From assembly GCA_963820525.1 (NCBI GenBank), contig CAWGAA010000003.1, forward strand, positions 992,001 to 1,056,000: 64,000 nt of DNA, written 5' to 3'. The notes beneath the pieces were generated by a model. That model was not told where the DNA came from, made no database searches, and saw only the letters and a program-made list of their open reading frames with translations. This document shows, piece by piece, positions 27,126 to 37,232 of this stretch. Source of the DNA: an uncultured Spirochaetota bacterium. Lineage in GTDB: Bacteria; Spirochaetota; Spirochaetia; SZUA-6; Fen-1364. The first letter of the stretch is position 1; each line of letters opens with the position of its first letter. The position numbers were made by a program, and so were the translations under genes.

Positions 27126-28217
27126 TCAGTGCACCACTCTTCTCTTGTTCCTGATGTAGTCGGCGAAGAGGAACTCGCCCAGCTTGTCCGCCGAGGCGAA
27201 GTAGGCGCGGCCGTGGTTGATCCTGGTCATCTCCTCGACGAAGTCCTGAAGCTCCGGGTCCGTGGCGAGCATGAAGGTGGTGATCGTGATGTTGGCCCTC
27301 TTGCAGGCGGCGGCCGCCTCCAGGGTCTGGTTCCTGATCTTGGGGTCGAAGCCGTAGGGGTTCCTGTACACCCCGCCGTTCTCCTCGATGGCCGTCGGCT
27401 TTCCGTCGGTGACCATGAAAATCTGCCTGTTCTGCTGCCGTAGGCCCTCGAGGATGGTCTGCGCCATCTCCAGGCCCGCCTTGGTGTTCGTATGGTAGGG
27501 GCCCACCTGGAGGTAGGGGATGTCCTTGATTTCGATCTCCTTGGCCTCGTCGCCGAAGGTCCCCACCCTCAGCGTGTCCTTTGGGTAGCGGGTGAGGATC
27601 AGCTCGGTGAGGGCGAGCGCCACCTGCTTGGCGGGGGTGATCCTGTCTTCCCCATAGAGGATCATGCTGTGGCTGATGTCGATCAGGAGAACCGTGGCCG
27701 ATGAGGAGAGGTGCTCGGTCTCGTAGACTTCAAAGTCCTCCTCGGCAAGGGTGATCTCGTCCACACCCGCGCGTTTGACCGCGTTGGAGATGGTGCCCAG
27801 GGCGTCGATCATGGTCACGGCGTCTCCGAAACGGTAGGGACGCGTCTCGGTGAGCCTCTCGTCTCCATCCCCCGAGCGGGGAACCCGATGCTGGCCGAAT
27901 CCCGACTTCACGAGGTTGGAGAAGATCTGGTTCAGCGAGTCCTTTCGGATCACCTGCTCGCCCTTGGCCGTAAGGGAGTAGCCACCCTCCTTCAGCCGCT
28001 CGATGATCCGCTCCTCCTCCAGGTGCTTTCGAAACTCCTCCAGGTCGAGGTCGGCGCCGATGTTGCCCCGCTCCTGGAGGTACTTCATCCAGCGGAAAAC
28101 CTGATCCACATCCCCCGCCGCCATGAGCATGAGGTAGTTGAAGAGGCTCATGAGGTCCTGAAAGCTCTTCAGGAGGCTCTCGAGCGTTTTGTCCCATTCC
28201 GAATATTCCCACAACAC
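27126..28217 (-). CDS. VWA-domain protein
   Basis: MIDAS DISHSM; TNTKAGL; MVTDGKPT; GTG start after GGAG. Confidence 0.88.
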   Translation of the reverse strand: MLWEYSEWDKTLESLLKSFQDLMSLFNYLMLMAAGDVDQVFRWMKYLQERGNIGADLDLEEFRKHLEEERIIERLKEGGYSLTAKGEQVIRKDSLNQIFSNLVKSGFGQHRVPRSGDGDERLTETRPYRFGDAVTMIDALGTISNAVKRAGVDEITLAEEDFEVYETEHLSSSATVLLIDISHSMILYGEDRITPAKQVALALTELILTRYPKDTLRVGTFGDEAKEIEIKDIPYLQVGPYHTNTKAGLEMAQTILEGLRQQNRQIFMVTDGKPTAIEENGGVYRNPYGFDPKIRNQTLEAAAACKRANITITTFMLATDPELQDFVEEMTRINHGRAYFASADKLGEFLFADYIRNKRRVVH

Positions 28218-28234
28218 GAGTTCGGCTCTCCGTA

Positions 28235-29749
28235 TCAGTCCGCGTCGTCCTTTGCCATGTGGTCGAACATCGCCTTGAGCATGTCGCGGTATGCCGTGCG
28301 CGTCTTGTCCTCCCACTTGGAAACCATGGAGTGCTGGTGCAGCCCCTCCAGCACGAACTCCATTCCCGGGGCCAGGCCGTCGCGCTCCGTGAGGCTCAGG
28401 TACTTCGAGGTCATCTCCTTCAACCCGTCCACCTTCTCCAGGCGCTGGCTGTACTCGCTGAAGGGGATCTCGTCTGAGGTCTCCACCGTGTTGCCCTTGG
28501 AAAACCAGTTGAGGATGGGCTGGAAGGGAGTGGCCTCCTGCCGCGACGAGCGCGACGGCTGCCCCTCCTCAACCTCCCTCTTCTGCTTCTTGGGCACCGG
28601 GTTGGGGAAGTAGCGGCGGAACGACTCCTTGACCGCCTCCCCGATGATCTTTCGCGCCACGATCGCCGCGCCCTGCTGCTCCCCCTCGTAGACGAGCTCC
28701 ACCTTGCCCGTGATGGCCGTGACGGCGGCATGGAGGTCGCTTATCCGGGGATACACCCTCTTCTCTCCATGCAGGAGCCCGCGCCTCTCCATGTTGGAAA
28801 GCACGTTCTCCATGAGGGAGATGCTCATCCGCGCGGAGACCCCCGAGGCCTGGTTGACGTACTCGCTCTTTCTTGCAGCGAAAGCCACCTCCTCGATCAG
28901 CTCGCGGAACCACTGGGGCATCTCCAGCTCGAAGTTGCCGTCCCTCTCGGTCCATGCCTCCTGCGCCGTGATGGCGAGGGCCGCCGCGCGGTCTGTGGGG
29001 TAGTGCGTGATGATCTGCGAATCGATCCTGTCCTTCAGAGGCGTGATGATGTTGCCCCGATTGGTGTAATCCTCGGGGTTCGCCGAGTAGACCATGATGA
29101 TGTCGAGGGACAGCCTGACGGGGAAGCCCCGGATCTGGATGTCCTTCTCTTCCATTATATTGAGAAGGCCCACCTGGATGCGGGGGGGAAGATCGGGCAG
29201 CTCGTTGATGGAGAAGATGCCGCGGTTTGTCCGCGGGATGATTCCGTAATGGATGACTTCCTCGTCCGCGTAGGTGAGCTTGCGCGTCGCCGCCTTGATG
29301 GGGTCGATGTCGCCGATGAGGTCCGCGATGGTCACGTCGGGAGTGGCCAGCTTTTCGCGGTAGCGGTCCTCGCGCGAGAGCCATTCGATGGGAGTCTCGT
29401 CTCCCATGTCCGCCACCGCCGCCCTCCCCTTCTTGCTGATGGGATGGAAGGGGTCGTCGTTGGTCTCGGTGCCCGCGATCACGGGCAGCCGCTCGTCGAG
29501 AAAGCGCACCAGCCCGCGCAGGATGCGCGTCTTGGCCTGGCCGCGGAGGCCGAGGAGGATGAAGTCGTGCCGCGAGAGAATCGCGTTCACCAATCCGGGG
29601 ACAACGGTCTTCTCGAATCCGATGATGCCGGGGAACAGATCCTCCTTGTCCCGAAGCATGCGGATCATGTTTTCGCGCATCTCGTCCTTCACGCTTCGGG
29701 GACGATACCCCGACTTCTTCAATTCACTGAGGGTTCTTGGGAGTTCCAC
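28235..29749 (-). CDS. ChlI/Mg-chelatase-like AAA+ ATPase partnered with the VWA protein
   Basis: GLRGQAKTR; EKLATPDVTIADLIGDIDP; INELPDL; SANPEDYTNRG. Confidence 0.88.
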   Translation of the reverse strand: MELPRTLSELKKSGYRPRSVKDEMRENMIRMLRDKEDLFPGIIGFEKTVVPGLVNAILSRHDFILLGLRGQAKTRILRGLVRFLDERLPVIAGTETNDDPFHPISKKGRAAVADMGDETPIEWLSREDRYREKLATPDVTIADLIGDIDPIKAATRKLTYADEEVIHYGIIPRTNRGIFSINELPDLPPRIQVGLLNIMEEKDIQIRGFPVRLSLDIIMVYSANPEDYTNRGNIITPLKDRIDSQIITHYPTDRAAALAITAQEAWTERDGNFELEMPQWFRELIEEVAFAARKSEYVNQASGVSARMSISLMENVLSNMERRGLLHGEKRVYPRISDLHAAVTAITGKVELVYEGEQQGAAIVARKIIGEAVKESFRRYFPNPVPKKQKREVEEGQPSRSSRQEATPFQPILNWFSKGNTVETSDEIPFSEYSQRLEKVDGLKEMTSKYLSLTERDGLAPGMEFVLEGLHQHSMVSKWEDKTRTAYRDMLKAMFDHMAKDDAD

Positions 29750-29944
29750 ACCTTCCTCCTGGGATACCCTAAAGGTACTGATATTCGAAGCTTCGGGGAA
29801 ATGCCGGGCGGTTCGGGTTGGGGCGGTGCTGGCTGGGGCGTCACGGGTCGGGAACGAACTTGTATCCATGCCGCGGCGACGCCGAGCCTTCCCGTCTGCC
29901 GGGGGAGCTCTGGCAAGGGGTTGGGCACGACCGCCTTGGGCGGA

Positions 29945-31369
29945 TTAAAATTTGCTATCAAATGCTAAATAGACGACTCTGTTCTGCTTCCACGCGCCGA
30001 GGGTCGTCGATGCGGTGCCTTGGAAGATCATGACGCCGAGCTTCAAAGTCATGTTCAGTGAGGGGAGGTACTGGATGTCCAGGCCGCCCATGACACCGTA
30101 ATTGTTGGAGATGTAGCCCCCGATGTCGCTGGAGGAAAAGGCATCGGAGATGTTGTTGACGTTTGCCATCCCCGTCGCGCCGAGCGTGAGCTTGTCCGAA
30201 AGGAGGCTCACCTCGAGCCTGAGCAGGGCGTAATCCTGGAGCCTCTCCGAACCCGTGTTGCCGCGCTCGTTGAAGAAGCCATGATTGTACTGGAGGTTGA
30301 AATAGAAGATTCCCCCGATTTTCTGGCTTATTCCCACGGTATATTTCGCGTAGGGCTGGTCGGAAACCGCCGTGGCGATGGTTTCGTTCAGAAGGGCTTG
30401 CGATGCGTTGTCATATGTCTTGATCGATGTCGTTTGCTTTTCAGGGAAGAACACGCCGACCTCGGCCCATGCCAGGACGACTGCGAAGTCCTTGGCGAGG
30501 TCGAATCCCACCTCCTGCTCGCGGTAATATGCCAGGGTATAGGAATTGCTGTTCAGAGTGAGCGGCGGCAATCCCGGAGTGACGAACAGGTCGACTTCCT
30601 TCACGGAGGGCATGTCGTTGATCCGGGTGACGTAATTGGCGGAGAGATCGAAACCGGCGATCGAAGCCCCCACCTTCGCTCCGAGAGCATAGCTTCGAAA
30701 GTCGTACTGCGGCGCTTGCGCCGTCTCGGATTCCCATCCCGGGATCGCGTCGACGAAGCCGGCGGTAGTGCCGGCGTACAGCTTTTGGGAAAGCGACTGA
30801 ATCATGGCGGGATTGAGCAGCGCCACCTGTGAATAGGGCTCGTAGACCACCTGGATGAAGCTGTCGAGCGCCGGCAGGGTGTAGGTGAGGTTCAAGGCCA
30901 CGGACGGCGTTTTCCTGCCGAAGTCCAACGGATCCGAGAAATCCAAGGGATTGAGCAGGTCTGTGGGGTTGAGCCGATCCGCCGTACCCCAGGCGATCCG
31001 CTGTTTGCCGACGGTAAGATCGAGCCCTGAGAAAATGAAGCCGGTGCAGGTGAGATATGCCTCCTCAAGGTCTATCTCCACCGGATAGACGGAGGAGAGA
31101 ACGCCGAGCTCTCTGGACGTCAGAATGTTGCTCATTGATTGGCTGCCGATGGGATCATTGAAATAGCGGGCATGGAGCTTCACCTTGCAGTAGAGATTGT
31201 CATCGACCTGCTGCTCGAAGGCCAGCCCCGCGTTTTCCTGGTTGAAGAGAAACCTGCCGTCGTCGAGGCTCAGACGCGTTTCAGTGGAAAGCTCTCCGTT
31301 CACGTCGAGGGCCCACCCTCCCGCTGCAATAAAGCAGGCCAAAGCGAGGAGAAGACCTCTCCTTTTCAT
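29945..31369 (-). CDS. Outer-membrane beta-barrel protein (DUF1302-like)
   Basis: Signal peptide; LEEAYL..LTVGKQRIAWGTADRLNPTDLLNP; C-terminal Phe; MMPL operon context. Confidence 0.75.
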   Translation of the reverse strand: MKRRGLLLALACFIAAGGWALDVNGELSTETRLSLDDGRFLFNQENAGLAFEQQVDDNLYCKVKLHARYFNDPIGSQSMSNILTSRELGVLSSVYPVEIDLEEAYLTCTGFIFSGLDLTVGKQRIAWGTADRLNPTDLLNPLDFSDPLDFGRKTPSVALNLTYTLPALDSFIQVVYEPYSQVALLNPAMIQSLSQKLYAGTTAGFVDAIPGWESETAQAPQYDFRSYALGAKVGASIAGFDLSANYVTRINDMPSVKEVDLFVTPGLPPLTLNSNSYTLAYYREQEVGFDLAKDFAVVLAWAEVGVFFPEKQTTSIKTYDNASQALLNETIATAVSDQPYAKYTVGISQKIGGIFYFNLQYNHGFFNERGNTGSERLQDYALLRLEVSLLSDKLTLGATGMANVNNISDAFSSSDIGGYISNNYGVMGGLDIQYLPSLNMTLKLGVMIFQGTASTTLGAWKQNRVVYLAFDSKF

Positions 31370-31418
31370 GACTATCCTCCTCTTCGGGGCGGCCAAAGGC
31401 CGCGCGCAAGTACCGCCT

Positions 31419-32168
31419 CTAGGGCTTCTTCTTCAAGAACCGCTTTGAAAACACGTCCTTGGCTTCGAGGCCCTGATCGAACCTGATATCGCTGATCGTC
31501 ATCTCCGTGTAGTGTTTCTTCTCCCGATTCTCCATCCGCAGCCGCGTGGGCACCATGTATGCGTCGGTCTTCTTCACTTCGAGAATAGACAGAAGCTTCT
31601 GCATTCTCGTGCTTCGATACATCTCGATGGTCCGGGGAACGTAGTCGGCCTTGTCCACCACCATGACGAGCCGGTCGTATGGGCGATCGACCCCGGCCTT
31701 CTTCACGAGCGCCAGGGTCCATGAGGCGTCGTCTTCGGCCGTCACCTCCGCGGCGTAGTCCTTCTTGTAGTCGAAGCTTCCCATTTCGTTATAGGAGAAA
31801 TCTGTTCCCTGGAAGTCATCGTTCTTGCTCCCGCCTTCGATCCTTCTGATCTTGTTCTGTGCCGGAAGGTAGAGGTACATCTCGTCGGAACTCTCCGTGA
31901 GCAGCCCTATGCCTTCGATTCCCGGAGGGGAAACGAACTTGATGACCCTCTTTTCCTTGCCGGAAATCCAGATCCTCAGGGACCTCTGTTCCTTCTGCGT
32001 CCCGTCGGAGTTCGCCAGCACCATCGTGGAAAGCCCCTCATAATCCTTCGGACCGGTAAGAGCCTGCTCGGCCTTCGCGAGAATCTCGTCACCGGTGAGG
32101 CCAAAGGCGCTCCCGCCCGCTCGAAGGGCGAGCATGAATGCCAGACATGTGATGGATGTCTTTCTCAT
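31419..32168 (-). CDS. LolA-like outer-membrane lipoprotein-sorting family protein
   Basis: FVSPPGIEG; YLYLPAQNKIRRI; FQGTDFSYNEM. Confidence 0.85.
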   Translation of the reverse strand: MRKTSITCLAFMLALRAGGSAFGLTGDEILAKAEQALTGPKDYEGLSTMVLANSDGTQKEQRSLRIWISGKEKRVIKFVSPPGIEGIGLLTESSDEMYLYLPAQNKIRRIEGGSKNDDFQGTDFSYNEMGSFDYKKDYAAEVTAEDDASWTLALVKKAGVDRPYDRLVMVVDKADYVPRTIEMYRSTRMQKLLSILEVKKTDAYMVPTRLRMENREKKHYTEMTISDIRFDQGLEAKDVFSKRFLKKKP

Positions 32169-32193
32169 GATCCACCTCCTCATGATGGAATCG

Positions 32194-35043
32194 TCATTTC
32201 CCCTTCCCGAGCGCTTTTTTCTGCACGACCTTCGTGGCCGCGAGCACCGCGGGAAGGAAGGTCATCGCGGAAAGGCTGCTCGTGAGCATCGTGATGGCCA
32301 GAAGCAGCCCCGCGGTTCGCATGGGAATCACATTCGAGCCGAGAAGCACGGCGAACCCGAGGCCGACCGACAGGGCGTTGAAGGCGATCGCCTTCCCCGT
32401 CGTTGCAAGGGTTGCCGCGTATGACGCCTGCACGTCCCCGCCGCTCTTCTTCAGCTCCCGCGTGTAGCGGGTGATGAAATGGATGGTGTAGTCGATGCCC
32501 GTTCCGATGGCGACGCTCGCGATGATCGCGGTGACGAAATCAAGGGGAATGTCAAAGATCCCCATGATTCCGAAATTGACCATGATGGAGAAGACGATCG
32601 CGCACAGGGAAATGACGCCTTCGAGGATCGACCCGAAGGTCAGGCAATTGAGGATGAGAACGGCGCCAAGAGCGACCGCGAGGCTCGACAATTGGTTGAT
32701 GAAAACGCTCTGCCGTATCCTCTCGATCAGATACGCGCTGCCGGTGATTTCAATGTTCTGGATGCGTACCGAGCGGACGAAGCCGGGAGCGCCGGCGGCG
32801 CCCTCTTTCGGGACGGGGATCGTTTTCCATAGGAAAGGCGCAAGGGCATAATTGAGCTCGGATCGAGGCGCATTGGCCAGGGCGGGAAACGCGGTCTCAA
32901 GCTCCCCCGTCATTGCCCGCATCTTCGCCTGGCTGCCTTCTTCCTCCGCCAGGGTGACGATGCTCCGAGCCAGGGCCTCAACATCTGCGTTCTCCACCTC
33001 GCGGGGATCCGCTACTACGGCCAGAATGGCCTTCCGAGCCCCTTGCGGGGTTATCTCGTGCGAACGCGCGAGCATTCGATACAGGGCCCGGGCTTCCGAA
33101 TTCGAAAGGGGGATCTCGGCTTCATCCCCCGTGCAATACCCCACGAGCTTCTCTTCGCTCAACGCCCCTGCGGTTTGCCCGCAGATGCGAACCAGGCGGT
33201 CGACGATCGCGTCCACGCCTGCGGAGGAGGGCGTTGCCCCATGGCTTCTCAAGGAGTTGGAGATCATGATCTTTTCGAGCTCGGCAAGGTATGGATTGCC
33301 GGGAGAGTTCACGATCACCCCGAACTCTCCCCGATATCCGCCGATGAAAGCGTTCAGATACTCGATCAGCCCTCCGACGAACACATTGTCGAAGCTCGGC
33401 AGAAGCACCGTGATGAGCCCTTCGTCCTTTTCCTTCGTCACCAGGGATTCGATGGACTTCTTTCCTTCCACGAAGAACCAGAGCTCCTGCACCTCCTTTT
33501 TCGTTTCCGGGATCGTGTACATTCCCACCATGGCGTTGTTGAGCTCGGAGATGACGTCAGGAATGCCGCTGGGCGGCGAGAGTTGCTTGTAGGCCTTCAT
33601 CCTCTCTTCGAGCATGAGAGCGAGCTTGAGAACGTCCGGATCCTGCATGTCCGCCTTGAGATAAACGGAGAGCGGGCTGAAGCCGCCGAAGTGCGCGTTC
33701 ACGAACCTGCTGGCCACGTTCGGTTCCGCGTCTTTTCCGAAATACCCGAGAATGTCGACCTTGGATGCTATGCGGAAGCTGAAGAGGGAGATCCCGATCC
33801 CGAAAAGACTGAAAGCGGCGATCACGATGTACTTGCGCTGCACGAAGATCCTGGCGAGGGCTCTGCTGATCTTGCCGACTATCGCCTTCTCGGGCTCCTC
33901 CGCTTGGAACGCGCGCTTCCGTTGCGCGGGCACCTTCAGGTGAAGGAGCACCGCCGGAATGAAGAGCAGGGCGATGATCATGGCAAGGGTGACGCCCACG
34001 GCCGTGAAGATCCCGAAGGTCTTGATCACGCTCACGTCGGCCGTGATGTTCGAGATGAACCCCGCTATGGTGGTGAGCCCCGCCATGAGCACGGGAAGTC
34101 CCACCTCGCGAATCCCGAGCCCGACGATGGCCTTTGGGTCCGTTTCCGCCGCGGCGTTTTCATAGTAATTGTTGAGCACATGGATGCCGTAGGCGCTCCC
34201 CACGGCGATGAGGAGAACCGGTACCGCGGAGCTCAATATATTGAGGGGCACGCGCACAGCCGCCATCACCCCCATGGTGAGGGCGGTGGAAAAGAGCACG
34301 GTGACGAGGGGAAGCGCGACGCCCCTGACTGTTCTGAAGGAAAGGAAAAGAACTCCAAGGACGAGGATGCTGACGAGGGGAATGAGGAAGGAGAAATCCG
34401 AGAGCACGATCTGCGCCATCGAGTCGAGGAGATACGGGTTCCCGCTGAAAAAAAGCCGTGTGCCGGCCGGTTCGAAGATCCTCGTGGCAATCGACTTCAC
34501 GTCCCTGCCGACCTGGTCCGACCTCAATCCAAACTTCGGCCGAATGACGACAAGGGCGACGGAGCCGTCCTTGGAAACGATGTTTCCCGCATAGTCCTTC
34601 TGCGCCAGGACCCTCTCTCTCAATCGCGAGAGAAAATCCTTGTCCTCGGGCAGCGGGAAGGGAACGAGCTTCTCGACCTTGATCCCTTCCCCGGTTGCCA
34701 CCACGTCGTCGATGGTGGCCAGTGAGATCTGGTCTTCCACGCTGGGGAGCTTTTCAAGCTCCTGGGCGAACTCGTGGAGCCGGTTCAAGTTTTCCGCGGT
34801 GAATACGTCCGTGCAATCGATGGCAACGAGCAGCGGCGTGTTGCTCCCGAACCGCTCATTGATGTAGTGGGGCATGCGGCCGATGTCGCTCCCCTTGTCC
34901 ACCCAGAAGGTCATATCGTTCTCGAAATGGAGCTGGGAGATGAGAGCCGCGGCGGCCACCGTCACGACGATCACGCTCGCGATAATGGCCCTGGAGAAAT
35001 GGATGATGAACCGCGCGATACCGTCGTATATTTTTTCCAGCAT
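32194..35043 (-). CDS. MMPL/RND-family transporter
   Basis: Two TM repeats; IAVGSAYGIH and IGTGIDYTIHF; GLTTIAGF. Confidence 0.9.
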   Translation of the reverse strand: MLEKIYDGIARFIIHFSRAIIASVIVVTVAAAALISQLHFENDMTFWVDKGSDIGRMPHYINERFGSNTPLLVAIDCTDVFTAENLNRLHEFAQELEKLPSVEDQISLATIDDVVATGEGIKVEKLVPFPLPEDKDFLSRLRERVLAQKDYAGNIVSKDGSVALVVIRPKFGLRSDQVGRDVKSIATRIFEPAGTRLFFSGNPYLLDSMAQIVLSDFSFLIPLVSILVLGVLFLSFRTVRGVALPLVTVLFSTALTMGVMAAVRVPLNILSSAVPVLLIAVGSAYGIHVLNNYYENAAAETDPKAIVGLGIREVGLPVLMAGLTTIAGFISNITADVSVIKTFGIFTAVGVTLAMIIALLFIPAVLLHLKVPAQRKRAFQAEEPEKAIVGKISRALARIFVQRKYIVIAAFSLFGIGISLFSFRIASKVDILGYFGKDAEPNVASRFVNAHFGGFSPLSVYLKADMQDPDVLKLALMLEERMKAYKQLSPPSGIPDVISELNNAMVGMYTIPETKKEVQELWFFVEGKKSIESLVTKEKDEGLITVLLPSFDNVFVGGLIEYLNAFIGGYRGEFGVIVNSPGNPYLAELEKIMISNSLRSHGATPSSAGVDAIVDRLVRICGQTAGALSEEKLVGYCTGDEAEIPLSNSEARALYRMLARSHEITPQGARKAILAVVADPREVENADVEALARSIVTLAEEEGSQAKMRAMTGELETAFPALANAPRSELNYALAPFLWKTIPVPKEGAAGAPGFVRSVRIQNIEITGSAYLIERIRQSVFINQLSSLAVALGAVLILNCLTFGSILEGVISLCAIVFSIMVNFGIMGIFDIPLDFVTAIIASVAIGTGIDYTIHFITRYTRELKKSGGDVQASYAATLATTGKAIAFNALSVGLGFAVLLGSNVIPMRTAGLLLAITMLTSSLSAMTFLPAVLAATKVVQKKALGKGK

Positions 35044-35072
35044 ACCCCTGGTTCCTGATCGCGGCCGGGGCG

Positions 35073-35678
35073 CTATCGGGCTCCGGGCCCGGAGATAAGC
35101 ATCTTGATGATGCCCGTGACGCGCCGTATGTAGAGATTCGTCGCCTCCCGCACGGCGGGTTCATCATGGCCGTCGAGCCTGTTCGCAATCATCACGTAAT
35201 TGATGATGAGGGTGATGCAGAGGAGCTTGTCGATCAGGGAAGCCTCCGGCATGGATGGGAAGCTCTCCCGGAGGGTTCCTTCGATCTTGTCCCACAGCGG
35301 ATTGATGAAATTCACGATGTCGATCTTGGTCTTGGGAGTTTTCAGGAGGGTCTCGTGGTACAGGATCGAGATGATGTTCTTGTTCCGCGACATATAATCT
35401 ACAGCGAGGCTGATCAGCCCCTCGATGAGGGCATTGATCCCCTTCGACTTCCTGATGCGGGCTTTTTCGAACAGCACCTCGAATTCGTTCAGGTGCCTCT
35501 GGATGAGACTTATCAGCAGCCCCTCCTTGCTCGAAAAGTAGTAATAGATCATGGACTTGTTGACCTTCGCTTCCGCGGCAAGCTCGTCAATCGAGATGCC
35601 GTCGAAACCCCTCTCTGCGAAAAGCCGTGTCGAGGCCGTGAGAATTCGCTCCTTGATATTGTTCTTTCGTTCCTTCAT
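35073..35678 (-). CDS. TetR-family regulator
   Basis: ILTASTRLFAERGFDGISIDELAAEAKVNKSMIYYYFSSKEGL. Confidence 0.93.
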   Translation of the reverse strand: MKERKNNIKERILTASTRLFAERGFDGISIDELAAEAKVNKSMIYYYFSSKEGLLISLIQRHLNEFEVLFEKARIRKSKGINALIEGLISLAVDYMSRNKNIISILYHETLLKTPKTKIDIVNFINPLWDKIEGTLRESFPSMPEASLIDKLLCITLIINYVMIANRLDGHDEPAVREATNLYIRRVTGIIKMLISGPGAR

Positions 35679-35708
35679 GAGACACCTTCTTGTTCCTCTT
35701 GATTCAAC

Positions 35709-35755
35709 TGAACGTTCATTCAATGAAGTGTATACCCCTCGGCAAGGAAAATCAA
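35709..35755 (-). promoter_or_regulatory. Promoter and putative TetR operator
   Basis: TTGATT-17 nt-TACACT followed by the imperfect palindrome TGAATGAACGTTCA. Confidence 0.6.
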
Positions 35756-35806
35756 GCACACGAGCCACGGGATTCACGTCACGTCTTCTTGGGCGGATCG
35801 CCTCCG

Positions 35807-35854
35807 GCGCACCGCTCCAAGGCGGGACCGCGGGCGCGCCTTGGAGCGGTGCGC
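35807..35854. repeat. Perfect 18-bp inverted repeat (REP-like)
   Basis: GCGCACCGCTCCAAGGCG-12 nt-CGCCTTGGAGCGGTGCGC. Confidence 0.7.
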
Positions 35855-36017
35855 ATGCCCCAACACCGTCGAACTAATGTTTGTCGGTTAGGGAAAGGCC
35901 ACCCCACTGCTCCGCCGGCGCCACGCGGACGGTTCGGGGAGACGACAACGCCCCGTCGAAGCGCCTCCGCCTGCCTGCACCGTAGAGCGTCGCACAGAAA
36001 AATTTCAGAATGTTCCC

Positions 36018-36046
36018 TTGACAATATCAATTGAAAGAACTATTTT
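36018..36046 (+). promoter_or_regulatory. Sigma70 promoter of the H1-like gene
   Basis: TTGACA-17 nt-TATTTT. Confidence 0.55.
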
Positions 36047-36068
36047 AATGGTCACATCAATCCCCAGG

Positions 36069-36269
36069 ATGAAAGAGGCGAATGTGATTGTAAGAAAAGC
36101 GAAGAAGACGGCGAGCAAGACTCGCAAGCCCGCGGCAAAGAAAACCGCAGGCAAGGCAACCAAGAAAGCGAAGCCGGCCAAGAAGACCGCGGCCAAGAGC
36201 ACTCGTTCGAGCGCCAAACGCTCAACGAAAACGGCGAGCAAGACCCGCCGCGCCGCCGGAAGAAAGTAA
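36069..36269 (+). CDS. Small Lys/Ala-rich histone H1-like basic protein
   Basis: KAKKTASKTRKPAAKKTAGKATKKAKPAKKTAAK; start uncertain (ATG 36069 or GTG 36084). Confidence 0.7.
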   Translation: MKEANVIVRKAKKTASKTRKPAAKKTAGKATKKAKPAKKTAAKSTRSSAKRSTKTASKTRRAAGRK

Positions 36270-36375
36270 GGCTTCCTTTTCGAGGCTGAAGCCCATGGGG
36301 AGGAGATGCTCTTCTCCTCTCCTGTCTCCCCCATCCGTGTCTTCACCGCCGGACAACTGACGCCTGGCGGGAAGC

Positions 36376-36676
36376 TCAAATAGACTTCAACATCTCCTCG
36401 CAGGCGTGCAGCGTCGTCTCGACGCTTATCGCATCGATTCTCCCCTCGGATGACGCAACGATCCGCACCTCGCCGCCGCGCGGAGACCAGACGGCCGGGT
36501 CGGTGGGGCCGCCGGCTGCATCGGGGGCCTCGCCAGTGGTCCCGGCGAACGCCTCCATAATTGAGGAGATTTCGATGCGCATGGGACCGCCACGCGCCCA
36601 GCGCGGGCAGGCGTGTGATGAAATCTCCGAGGGCCCCCGCGTGGTAGACCAGGCAGCCGCGATCTCCCGATATCAT
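36376..36676 (-). pseudogene. Glycosyltransferase family 9 remnant (internal deletion plus frameshift)
   Basis: N-terminal LVYHAGALGDFITRLPAL and, in another frame, C-terminal GPTDPAVWSPRG...IDAISVETTL, all within ~300 bp. Confidence 0.7.
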
Positions 36677-36848
36677 TTAGGATTCCGGTCCGCGGCCGAA
36701 AGCACTCCGCGGGAATGGCAACCCTTCGGCACGAGGGGGAATGGTAGCACAGAAGGACGGTTTTTGATAAGAAAAGGAGCGCGGGAAAACGCGGGCCGGC
36801 CGCCGGCGGCGCACATCGGAGATATCTTTGTGAAAGGAGTATTCGACA

Positions 36849-37232
36849 ATGCCAGATCTTGATTTTTCCAAGCTCGACGGCCTGGTGCCCGCCATAGCCC
36901 AGGATTGGCGGACCGGAGAGATCCTCATGGTCGCCTTCATGAACCAGGAGGCGTGGGACCTCACGCGCACAACCGGGATCATGCACTACTGGAGCAGGTC
37001 ACGGGCCAAACTGTGGAAAAAGGGGGAGAGTTCCGGTAACATCCAGGAGGTGAAGGAGCTGCGCGTCGACTGCGACGCGGATTGCGTGCTCGCCAAGGTC
37101 CGCCAGATCGGGGACGCCGCCTGCCACACCGGCTACAGGAGCTGCTTCTACACCGTCGTGGACGGGGAGGCGACCCGCGTTGACGGCGTGAAGGTGTTCG
37201 ATCCCAAGGACAAATACGGAGAATCCAAATGA
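36849..37232 (+). CDS. hisI: Phosphoribosyl-AMP cyclohydrolase
   Basis: [40 protein letters not shown]. Confidence 0.96.
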   Translation: MPDLDFSKLDGLVPAIAQDWRTGEILMVAFMNQEAWDLTRTTGIMHYWSRSRAKLWKKGESSGNIQEVKELRVDCDADCVLAKVRQIGDAACHTGYRSCFYTVVDGEATRVDGVKVFDPKDKYGESK

